Shown one piece after another: positions 38,458 through 46,610 of a stretch of 64,000 bases of DNA. Below the pieces are notes generated by a model. The model searched no databases. It saw only the letters and a program-made list of their open reading frames with translations, and was not told the origin of the DNA. This DNA is from a virus (Duplodnaviria; Heunggongvirae; Uroviricota; Caudoviricetes). Position 1 is the stretch's first letter. Each line of letters opens with the position of its first letter. The translations under genes and the position numbers were made by a program. Location of the stretch: IMG/VR virus record IMGVR_UViG_3300022719_000283, positions 124,067 to 188,066 of that record. The stretch is one strand, 5' to 3'.

Positions 38458-40041
38458 TCACACGAGCCCAGGAAAAGAGGAGAGGGCATCCCCCAACCAC
38501 ACCGAGAGCGGCAGCAAAGCGTACGTCAGATTAGACCACACTGGCGTACGGCCTCTTTGTTCGCGCTCGTCAGGGATGTTGTCCTTCTCGGTCTGCATGG
38601 GAGTCTGCTGATAGTCCGCGCCCACAGGGTAGGGGCCCTCGGGCGGGTACTCGGTTTCCCAACCTCCTCCTTGCACAACGGCAGGGCGCCCTCGGCATTC
38701 AGGCCAACAGAGCTCCGTGGTATCAAACAACGGGATCTTGTACCGGATGTCATTCTCCTCCAGGTACTTGATCGTGAAGTGCTGCTGCATGATGTTGCCA
38801 CGGTTGCTCGGCTTGCGGACAGGGCCGATCGAGTACCGCTCGTTGGTCTGCTTCACGATGAAATCACGCATGGTAAGAAGAGGACTTGGCCCTGTCCACA
38901 CATCCTGCGTGTGGTCGAGATAGCGACCATTAGGAGTCTGCTTGACCGCACGGTCAGCATCGTCGGGCGCGATGATTATGTCGTATGGGCCCTCATACCC
39001 ACCAACAAACCCCGTTCCGAAACAGTCCAAGCACCGGGAATCCGGCTGCTGGTTGTACTCGATAGTGCGAGGGTCTCGACCACAAAAGCACTGAACTCCG
39101 CTCGTCTTTTTGATGAAGACCTTGGCCCGTTCTCCACCCTGCTCGAGCACCCAGTTGTTGCGGCGCATCGCTTCACGCCAGATGTAGTCGATGCGTTCGA
39201 CAGCGCGGTAAGTAATTGGCTCAGTGAACTCAAGAGGGGTCTCTCGAAACCCTGTAGGGGACGTCGGGTCCTGAGCCACCGTGGTGATCCGATACCAGGT
39301 CTTTTTGTCGAGGTCGGTTTTGATCGCGTTCGTGTTGTAGCGATAGCTGATCGACACCGCCGTTTCGGGCCCGGTTGGCAACGTAGGTTCGATCCAACGC
39401 TCCGTAGCGAAGTTGTATCCGCGAACGTTGATGAGTGTGATCTCGCCCGTAGGTCCGAACACGGCATGAACCGGCACGATCTGGTTGTCGATGACAAGCT
39501 GAACATCCATTGGGCTGTCCGCTGCCATGACTTGACCCGAGTTTTTTACAATCGGGAACTTCTGGGTACGAAACACCCACTTCCGCTGATTGGCCTCTTC
39601 TCCTCGGGAAAGCCAGCTCGTCTCCCAATCGACAACCTCGCTGTCGACGTAGGCGTTGTCCGTAAAGTCCCGGTAGAAAGTGCCCCCAACGGGAGCGATA
39701 TTCAAACGCTCGTAGGGACCACGCTCCGAAGAAGTGCTCCGGTAGATGTTAACGCCCAGAACGGTGAATTTGCTGTTCTTGGCAAGAATGGCCGGGTTAT
39801 CCCAACGGAGATCAAGTGTGCCCGAAAAAAGCGGACTCACGACTTCACTATTGATCGGTGGAGCCGGGCAGTCGTTCGGCCCCACCTCCCAACCGGGACA
39901 CCCGGGGCCAAAAGGCCCCGGGCTTGGGGGCGGATCAGGGCATGGCGGCGTCGGGGTGGGTTCCGGGGTCACGCACGAAACCGGCTCCAACGGATCTGGT
40001 TTCTGTACCCACGGCTCTTCACCCTTGTTGATGCACGTCAT
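38458..40041 (-). CDS. Head-closure/neck protein with Fn3-like N-domain and Zn ribbon
   Basis: LDLRWDNP...GVNIYRS (Fn3-like); GERAKVFIKK...CFC...CLDCFGTGFVGGY; RYSIGPV. Confidence 0.55.
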   Translation of the reverse strand: MTCINKGEEPWVQKPDPLEPVSCVTPEPTPTPPCPDPPPSPGPFGPGCPGWEVGPNDCPAPPINSEVVSPLFSGTLDLRWDNPAILAKNSKFTVLGVNIYRSTSSERGPYERLNIAPVGGTFYRDFTDNAYVDSEVVDWETSWLSRGEEANQRKWVFRTQKFPIVKNSGQVMAADSPMDVQLVIDNQIVPVHAVFGPTGEITLINVRGYNFATERWIEPTLPTGPETAVSISYRYNTNAIKTDLDKKTWYRITTVAQDPTSPTGFRETPLEFTEPITYRAVERIDYIWREAMRRNNWVLEQGGERAKVFIKKTSGVQCFCGRDPRTIEYNQQPDSRCLDCFGTGFVGGYEGPYDIIIAPDDADRAVKQTPNGRYLDHTQDVWTGPSPLLTMRDFIVKQTNERYSIGPVRKPSNRGNIMQQHFTIKYLEENDIRYKIPLFDTTELCWPECRGRPAVVQGGGWETEYPPEGPYPVGADYQQTPMQTEKDNIPDEREQRGRTPVWSNLTYALLPLSVWLGDALSSFPGLV

Positions 40042-40054
40042 GCCTTACCTGCTT

Positions 40055-40471
40055 TCAAGAAGACGCTGGAGCGCCTCCTTGATCTTGACCTCCATCACGA
40101 GGTTTGACCAGTCGAATGGTTCCGTTTTGCAACGCGACCCACTGCTCACCCTCCTCCAAGCCCAGACGCTTGGAGACCGCGTTGATGTAGCTCTGTCCCC
40201 TCTCGTCGAGCTCGTCGAGCTTCGCCAAGATGCGCATCTTGAGTACCTCATGCTCTCCGACCTTGGCGAGGAGCTGTTGAGATTCTTGACGGATCCCCAT
40301 CAGAGCCTGTTGCTCCTCGGGGGTCAACTTGCCGATTTCACCCGGGATCTGGGCCTGAGCCTCAGCTTCAGGGGCAGGGGGAGTATCCGAGGTCTCGGGG
40401 GTCTCCGAGGTCTCGGGATCAGTGTCGATGTTGGAAGTGTTCTGTTCGGTATCCATTTGAGCCTCCGGCAC
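40055..40471 (-). CDS. Hypothetical protein (acidic Pro/Thr N-tail plus short coiled coil)
   Basis: Tightly packed, co-oriented ORF. Confidence 0.65.
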   Translation of the reverse strand: MPEAQMDTEQNTSNIDTDPETSETPETSDTPPAPEAEAQAQIPGEIGKLTPEEQQALMGIRQESQQLLAKVGEHEVLKMRILAKLDELDERGQSYINAVSKRLGLEEGEQWVALQNGTIRLVKPRDGGQDQGGAPASS

Positions 40472-40480
40472 GATGGCACT

Positions 40481-40720
40481 CTACCCACGCCCCTGGGACT
40501 TGGCCTTTTCATCTTCAATGAGGATTCGGCGATGAGCTCGTAGCTCCGAAAGGAAATTGTCGAAATGTGTCCCCACACGGTCTGCCAGGGTGAGAGTCCG
40601 GGCGTGCTTGACCACACTGGGGAATTTCTCGAAAGACCAGAACACATTTCCGTCCTGGTCCGTGTACTCGTAAACTCGAAGACCCTTGGTGACCGCCCCT
40701 TCTTTCAGAGAGCTCATCAC
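40481..40720 (-). CDS. Hypothetical protein (79 aa)
   Basis: GTGA overlap with the upstream stop; AGGAGGAG RBS. Confidence 0.65.
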   Translation of the reverse strand: MMSSLKEGAVTKGLRVYEYTDQDGNVFWSFEKFPSVVKHARTLTLADRVGTHFDNFLSELRAHRRILIEDEKAKSQGRG

Positions 40721-41319
40721 ATCTCCTCCTTTGGGTTCCTGGTCTCCTCACTGTCTTCAGGAAGCACAGCCTGGGCATCCCGAAGATTTTTCTCTTCCCT
40801 AAGCTGCTCGATGATCTCGTCGAGATCGTCTTCGGCCTTGTCGATCTGAACGATCTGCTGCTCGAGAAGCTCACGGGCAGCGTCCGCAGTTTCTTCTGGC
40901 TTAGCTTTTTTGACTTTGACCAGAGCATTTTTCTCGCGCTCTTCGACGATCTCCTTGACCTTTTGCTTATCGTGGCACTTCCCTTCGAAAACCATCGATC
41001 CGAAAGGGCATCTCTTCTTGGAGGACACACCTCCACCAGCCTTTTCCGAAACCGGATCTTCCCCTCCGGTGCCCTCGACCCCTTCTCCCTCACCCTCTTC
41101 TTCTTCGCCGTCATTAACGGCCTCGGCTTCCGATGACCCGGTTTCGAAACTCTGGACTTCTACGTGTTTCTCGTCGTTTTTTTGAAGATCCTCTTCAACC
41201 AAAACCACAAAACGATCCGGCAACGCCGCACCATCTTCTTTGGGGCTCTGCGAGAGACAGGAGATCGAGAACAGCAGGAGGCTACTGTGGACGATCGCGG
41301 AGTAGCTTCTTGACCTCAT
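40717..41319 (-). CDS. Possible lipoprotein or secreted protein with acidic linker and coiled coil
   Basis: MRSRSYSAIVHSSLLLFSISC signal with imperfect lipobox; overlaps the upstream TM gene by 38 nt. Confidence 0.55.
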   Translation of the reverse strand: MRSRSYSAIVHSSLLLFSISCLSQSPKEDGAALPDRFVVLVEEDLQKNDEKHVEVQSFETGSSEAEAVNDGEEEEGEGEGVEGTGGEDPVSEKAGGGVSSKKRCPFGSMVFEGKCHDKQKVKEIVEEREKNALVKVKKAKPEETADAARELLEQQIVQIDKAEDDLDEIIEQLREEKNLRDAQAVLPEDSEETRNPKEEM

Positions 41320-41587
41320 CGATCTTTTCATCCACATTGTCGAGCTTGCCTTCGAGCCGTACAAGTGTCAGCGTGTTCTTCTGAACCGTGTCCGTCACAT
41401 CGGCAAGTTTGTCCAGATCCTCTTGGAGCTCGGTGATGCGCTCATCCTGAATCGCGTTGTTCACTTCCAGCTTGACACCCCAAATGATCAACGGAATGAC
41501 AAGCCCAGAAAGAACCTTCAGGACGATGTCGAGGATTTTCGAGGTTGCATCTTTCGACGCACCGCTGGAACCAGAGGACGACGGCAT
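41282..41587 (-). CDS. Single-TM plus coiled-coil membrane protein (holin-like or i-spanin-like)
   Basis: ILDIVLKVLSGLVIPLIIWGV hydrophobic helix followed by a heptad-rich tail; AGGAG RBS. Confidence 0.6.
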   Translation of the reverse strand: MPSSSGSSGASKDATSKILDIVLKVLSGLVIPLIIWGVKLEVNNAIQDERITELQEDLDKLADVTDTVQKNTLTLVRLEGKLDNVDEKIDEVKKLLRDRPQ

Positions 41588-41624
41588 GGATAACGCTCCT
41601 GGTAAAGGAAGCCCTATAGAGGCG

Positions 41625-41984
41625 CTACCGAGACCGTTGAATGCTCGCCATCAGGTAGCGAGCCGTCACACGCGCCACTTTATTCAGCTCGAGTTCATCC
41701 CCAACGCTCTTGACCCAGCCAGCTCGTTTCAGCGCGTCCACCGCCTCCTGAAAAAACTCCACCCCTTCGTTGTGAAAGGGGTAATGGCGGCTGATGTCTT
41801 CGCTCATCGTTTGCAGATTGACCGTTTTCTCCGCAGGAAGGTTCTCTAGATAGCGAAGAACCATGCTCTGAGCCTGTTTAAGCTGGTCACCACCGAAGTC
41901 GTTGCGAAGATCGGTCCACTCCACGCGCCGAGGCTCGAGGTCACCTCTGAGGAATTGCCAGGTTTGTGGTTCACGGAGTGGCAT
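41625..41984 (-). CDS. Hypothetical protein, possible winged helix, ending in KVARVTARYL
   Basis: GGAG RBS; ...EAVDALKRAGWVKSVGDELEL resembles a wHTH wing. Confidence 0.6.
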   Translation of the reverse strand: MPLREPQTWQFLRGDLEPRRVEWTDLRNDFGGDQLKQAQSMVLRYLENLPAEKTVNLQTMSEDISRHYPFHNEGVEFFQEAVDALKRAGWVKSVGDELELNKVARVTARYLMASIQRSR

Positions 41985-42142
41985 GTTCAGGTCTCCAATC
42001 AGGGCCTACTCAGGGACACGTCATAGGGGTTTCACCGACACGGCCTGAATTCGTGAAAAGCTCCTATCGAGACCACCACGAAAGTCGCAGAAGACGCCTG
42101 TACACCTCTCGGGCCGCACGCCCCTCCTGGATCGCCGTACGG

Positions 42143-42469
42143 TCACCGGGAGGTGTCCATTTCGTGAATCTCCTGCGCCCGCAGGTACACCTCGTCGTGG
42201 CGACGACACGCCTCATCGAGCTCGTCGACGGGCTCGCGGTCGGGATTCCCGTGGCCCGGTCCACAGTGTTCGCCATACCACTCAAAGTCGAGTCCCGCGG
42301 GATAGGGGTCCTCGTAGCTGCATGTGAACGCCCGTACCGTGAAAACGATCGCGACGCCGAGCGTGGCAAGGAGCGGGGTCTTCCGATTCCACACGAGCTG
42401 CCACGCTCGCTTGGCGAGCGACAAATCGGCCTCGCGTAACTGCTCGGGTTGTTCCTGTCTCTCTGCCAC
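42143..42469 (-). CDS. Membrane-anchored phospholipase A2-like protein
   Basis: WYGEHCGPG (Ca-binding loop) and PVDELDEACRRHDEVY (catalytic His-Asp helix); N-terminal hydrophobic segment PLLATLGVAIVFTV; GAGAGG RBS. Confidence 0.75.
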   Translation of the reverse strand: MAERQEQPEQLREADLSLAKRAWQLVWNRKTPLLATLGVAIVFTVRAFTCSYEDPYPAGLDFEWYGEHCGPGHGNPDREPVDELDEACRRHDEVYLRAQEIHEMDTSR

Positions 42470-42492
42470 CTGCTCGGCCTCTCACCGTGTGT

Positions 42493-42535
42493 CCTGCGAG
42501 GCTCTGGGTCCTGGGCAGGACCCAGAGCCGGCAGG
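42493..42535. promoter_or_regulatory. Strong hairpin between the lipoprotein and PLA2 genes
   Basis: GGCTCTGGGTCCTG/CAGGACCCAGAGCC perfect 14-bp inverted repeat, extended by CCTGC/GCAGG; no U-tract. Confidence 0.55.
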
Positions 42536-42545
42536 GACGTGCATG

Positions 42546-42989
42546 TCAGTCCAGCGAAGAGATGCAAGCATCCGCCACACAGCAACGCTGTGCGTCTGCG
42601 GGGCACGCGATGAGGTGCTCGATGCAGTCCACCCAGCCGCAGTCCGGGCAACCGCCCGTGCACTGCGTCTCTCCGCGGCAGTTGGGAATGACCTTTGCCG
42701 CCTCCTTGACGGCCGCGTCGTACCGAGCGACCTGATCCGGCGTGCGCTCTACCTCAGCCTCCTTGGCCTTCGGCAGCGAGCTGTCGTCAATCTGGTCCCA
42801 CTGCACGCGAGTCGCCTCGCAGTTCGTGGGTCTCACCGTCGCCGCCATCGTCTCGGTCGTGATGACCGCGTTCTCGACGGCCTTCTCTTCCTCGACCTGT
42901 TCGGGCGGCTTGGGGTCTGGCTCCGGTGCCGGGCTTGGAGGACATCCTCCGAGAACCAACAAGGAGATCAACATCATAGAGCCCCTCAT
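42546..42989 (-). CDS. Cys-rich lipoprotein
   Basis: Lipobox LLVLGGC, Pro/Glu linker, Cys-rich C-terminus; ATG 42977 is an alternative start. Confidence 0.7.
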   Translation of the reverse strand: MRGSMMLISLLVLGGCPPSPAPEPDPKPPEQVEEEKAVENAVITTETMAATVRPTNCEATRVQWDQIDDSSLPKAKEAEVERTPDQVARYDAAVKEAAKVIPNCRGETQCTGGCPDCGWVDCIEHLIACPADAQRCCVADACISSLD

Positions 42990-43597
42990 CCCGGTCCTCC
43001 GTTCACGGGCGCCTGCATGGCGACCAGCAGACGTGCACGACGGATCTTTGCGGTATTCGATGCACCCACGCGACGCCAGTTGATGGCGATGGTGGGAGAA
43101 TCCCCTGCCGAAAGCTGAACGATCGCGCTGCCCGAAAACGATCTGTAAAAATCCGAGCTGCTCGAAGTGAAACCGCGCTCGGTGCCGTTATAGGTGACCT
43201 GCGCGAAAACCCCCGACCCACCAAGCAGAGTGTCCACCCCGATCTCGCAGTACCACGAAATGAGGTAGTCCCCTTCTGGCAGCGGTCCCGTGCTGAGGGT
43301 CAGTTTCTCCTGGTAACTCGTGTCTGTGGTCGTGCTCTCAGCCTCGCTAAAAACTCTCTGCACGGTGTCAGAGAAGGCAACGCCCTGGTGAGCGGCGACG
43401 ATACCGTCCAGTGTCGTCTTATCAGCACCACTCAGTGCGTCAACGAAAGTGATGTCCACGTCGTCGTTGAGCACCGAAATACCGACGAGCGCCGTGGTGA
43501 TGGAGGACCCCTCGATCTCTGCGGTCAGGACATCTGTATTGACAGCCTGGTTCGGGAAATCGATCTGGAGGTCGTAGTTGTACGTGGTCTGTGGCAT
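42986..43597 (-). CDS. Virion decoration protein: shared N-domain plus C1q/TNF-like jelly-roll
   Basis: N-domain ending DALSG..KTTLDGIVAAHQG; C-domain ESTTT.TSYQEKLTL...GDYLISW...AKIRRARL. Confidence 0.7.
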   Translation of the reverse strand: MPQTTYNYDLQIDFPNQAVNTDVLTAEIEGSSITTALVGISVLNDDVDITFVDALSGADKTTLDGIVAAHQGVAFSDTVQRVFSEAESTTTDTSYQEKLTLSTGPLPEGDYLISWYCEIGVDTLLGGSGVFAQVTYNGTERGFTSSSSDFYRSFSGSAIVQLSAGDSPTIAINWRRVGASNTAKIRRARLLVAMQAPVNGGPG

Positions 43598-43601
43598 GGA
43601 A

Positions 43602-44747
43602 TTAGCTTCCGTTTCCTTCGTCGGTCTCCTGGCCGTAGTAGGTCAGGGTGAGAAAGTGGCCGCCGTAGGGGACGTCGCCGACGATTCGACCCTCTGCACG
43701 GTTGAAGGTGATCTTCTGAGGAGCAATGTTTTTGTCCACATAATTTGGAGTTGCGTAAAAAAGATCCGAGCGCGCGTACTGCCATTCGAACGTCCACTTG
43801 GGAGAAGAAACTCCTCCCGTGCCTCCAAACCCCGAAGGAAGAGGCCCCCAGAACCGACGCGCAGCGGCCTGAAAGTCATGGAAATTTTTGTAGGCCCGAA
43901 ATCCAACCTCGACAACGTTGCCTCCAGTCAAGGTCGTGTGGCTCCCGTGAAGAGCAGTTCGAAACACCTCCGTCATGTCCACGTCTTCGGAAGCATCAAT
44001 TTCGGCATCCTCAAAACTCCATTTTTTGCCCGCCGGGGGTTGAAATGTGTACAGGCTTGACCCCGGAGTGCGATAAGAAACGGTCACGACCTCACTGGGT
44101 TGTCGTGCCACTGCGAAAGTGATGACGCCGTTTTCGTAATCGATGACGTACCTGTCATCTCCAGAATCAGTGTCCTCATTACTTTGCTCAAGGGCCACAT
44201 CGTCGACCTTCACAACAGGCACGAGATGCGTCATCGTGTTGCCGTTTGGCGCCACGGTACTTTCATTAAGGTCGTCTTCAAAGGTGAGACGACCGTGCCG
44301 AACATCGATCATTTTGTCACCGCTATCAAGCGTGTAAACCGTTTCGGATACGCTGGAGGTGGTCGACCCGTCCACCACTTCAGTGCTCTCTTGCCACCAC
44401 GAGCACGAGTCGCAGAAATTGTGGGTGACCTTGCGGAACCCTCCGCCAACGGGGACGACCTGAGCCACGAGAAGGTTGCCTTGGATGTCTTTTTTCTGCG
44501 CGAGTGGGTCCGGAATCGGTTCTCCGCTGTGGGCTGCAACGATGGCGTCCAGGGCAGTCTCTTCGCCGGATGGAAGCGCATCCTTGAAAAAAACCGTACA
44601 GTCGTCGTTGGCCACGTCCGTTTCAATACGATCCAACGCGATCGTAATGTCCGTGCTCTGACGAATCTCGCGGTCGAGGCGATCAGGAGAGACCTTCTGG
44701 TTCGGGAAATCGAGACTGATGTCGTAAAGGTAGGATGTTTCTGCCAT
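43602..44747 (-). CDS. Virion structural protein with shared N-domain
   Basis: DALPSGEETALDAIVAAHSG; YVIDYENGVITF beta motif. Confidence 0.7.
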   Translation of the reverse strand: MAETSYLYDISLDFPNQKVSPDRLDREIRQSTDITIALDRIETDVANDDCTVFFKDALPSGEETALDAIVAAHSGEPIPDPLAQKKDIQGNLLVAQVVPVGGGFRKVTHNFCDSCSWWQESTEVVDGSTTSSVSETVYTLDSGDKMIDVRHGRLTFEDDLNESTVAPNGNTMTHLVPVVKVDDVALEQSNEDTDSGDDRYVIDYENGVITFAVARQPSEVVTVSYRTPGSSLYTFQPPAGKKWSFEDAEIDASEDVDMTEVFRTALHGSHTTLTGGNVVEVGFRAYKNFHDFQAAARRFWGPLPSGFGGTGGVSSPKWTFEWQYARSDLFYATPNYVDKNIAPQKITFNRAEGRIVGDVPYGGHFLTLTYYGQETDEGNGS

Positions 44748-44756
44748 GGTTCGCTC

Positions 44757-46610
44757 CTAAACCGCCGTCACGCGCACTAGCTGGAGGCACCGATCGAAGG
44801 CGCTGGCGGTGCCAGATCCGCCCGTGTACCAGTAGACCTGGACGCTGTCCCCGGCCGTGAGCGAGAGGCGTCGAGTGGTGGCCAGCACCTGTGTGTACCC
44901 GGCCGCGTTCACCTGGGTGTGGCGCTCGGTGCTCGCCTGGAAGGTGCCGTTGACGTGGATCCGCATGCGGACGCTCCACCCCGCGAGACTGTTCTCGGTG
45001 TAGACCGAGAAGATGGCGAGGTAGCTGCCGGTGGCCGGGGCCGTGAGCGTCATGCCGGTCATGGCCACGGGGGAGGTCGCAGTGGTCGTGATGGTCGAAC
45101 TCGACACCACCTCCTGGCAGTCCGGGGGAGCCGCCGTGGCCGACACCTGGAGTGTCTCGTTCCCGCCGTCATTCTGCTCCGTGAGCGTGATGTTCGTGCC
45201 CGCGACGAGCTTGCCATTGAGGTATCCGGCCGTGGTATCGTTCGCCGATACCTTGACGAGCTCGTCTCCTCCCCCGCCGCTTTGATCGGCCGGCTGCCAC
45301 TCAGACGCAGCATCGTTCCAGACCAGCACCTGGTTGTTCGTCGGTTGCGTCGAAGAGACTGCCCTTCCCTGAATCTGTTCGGCATCAATGCCCGCTCCAA
45401 TGCCGATCCTCACAATAGAAAGACCACTCCCGCCCGCAGCCGTTTCAATCACCGAAGTCCCTGCGAGCTGGATGGCCTGGAGCTTGAGTATGTCCCCCGC
45501 TGAAAGGTTAAGGATGGCGAGGAAGGATCCTGTGTTTGACCCAGCTCCTTGGGTGCGGTTGTACAACCACACGACGGTACCCCCCACAAGACCGAAACCG
45601 GAACCCGCGTCCAGCACGAGTATGCCTGCACTTTCAGAACGGCTGGTGCCGCCAGTCGCAGGGATCTCCGTGGAGACATGCCCGTAGACCAGGTACGTGG
45701 CTGTCGTATTGATCGTGATCGTCGGCTGGCCCGCCGTGTGAGAGTAGTCGGACCCCACGATACGCTGCGTGTCCAGGGGGATATCAGTGAGCACACCTGG
45801 GATGGTGGTGCCGCCTGCGTTATCGTACGCCTCAAAATAGTTGGACGTGTCCCCCGAAGCCGTCGTCGTGAGGATCCAAGACGCCGCCCCCACGGACGCA
45901 TCGACGCAGACGAACTCGTCTCCGGTCGTGGTGTTGATCCAGCGAGACCCGACCGCGTAGTCCTGCGTCGAGTCATCGCCGACCGTGGGTGATCCGGCCG
46001 TCTCGTTCGTCTTAATGCCGGCGTAGGTCGCCGGTCCAGTGCGAGTGAGGATAGCTGGATACGTGCCTGAGAAGTCGCCGTCCATGACGGCCCCGGCCGC
46101 TGCGACGTTAGCCGCATCGGTCACGTCTGCCCCGGCCTCGACACCGTCGAGCTTTGTGCCGTCCGTGGCCACGTCACGGCCGTCCACGGTCCCCGGGACG
46201 GAGACGTTCCCCGAGTCGTCCACGGTCACGCCCGATCCTTGGACGAGTTTCCCGGTCGTGCCGTCGAACCGGACCACCGCATCATCGGTCGAAGCCCCAG
46301 GACCCACTACGTCGCCCTGACCACCGGACTGCTCCACGTTGGAGACCAGCTCAGGACTCAGGTTGTTTTGGAGAGGCACGTCCGTGCTGGTGAGCTGGAT
46401 CGTCCCCGTCTGCGCCGACGTGAGCGTGACCGTCAGTTCATTCCTCGCGTTGCCAGGCGTAAGGGCGATGTCGCTGATCAGGTCTGCACGGGACTCCGCG
46501 TCGATCAAGACGCGAACCGCCACCGCGAACCGATTCAGGTTGTGCGTGACGATGATCGTATCGGTAGCGGTAAAGTCTTGTCGGAAAAGTTCGTCGTATC
46601 TGCCCGCCAT
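44757..46610 (-). CDS. Modular fibre protein with two C1q-like domains
   Basis: Fibre-type motifs GDVVGPGASTDDAVVRFDGTTGK, DGRDVATDGTKLDG, IQGRAV....PTNNQVLVW, KVSANDTTAGYLNGKL. Confidence 0.7.
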   Translation of the reverse strand: MAGRYDELFRQDFTATDTIIVTHNLNRFAVAVRVLIDAESRADLISDIALTPGNARNELTVTLTSAQTGTIQLTSTDVPLQNNLSPELVSNVEQSGGQGDVVGPGASTDDAVVRFDGTTGKLVQGSGVTVDDSGNVSVPGTVDGRDVATDGTKLDGVEAGADVTDAANVAAAGAVMDGDFSGTYPAILTRTGPATYAGIKTNETAGSPTVGDDSTQDYAVGSRWINTTTGDEFVCVDASVGAASWILTTTASGDTSNYFEAYDNAGGTTIPGVLTDIPLDTQRIVGSDYSHTAGQPTITINTTATYLVYGHVSTEIPATGGTSRSESAGILVLDAGSGFGLVGGTVVWLYNRTQGAGSNTGSFLAILNLSAGDILKLQAIQLAGTSVIETAAGGSGLSIVRIGIGAGIDAEQIQGRAVSSTQPTNNQVLVWNDAASEWQPADQSGGGGDELVKVSANDTTAGYLNGKLVAGTNITLTEQNDGGNETLQVSATAAPPDCQEVVSSSTITTTATSPVAMTGMTLTAPATGSYLAIFSVYTENSLAGWSVRMRIHVNGTFQASTERHTQVNAAGYTQVLATTRRLSLTAGDSVQVYWYTGGSGTASAFDRCLQLVRVTAV

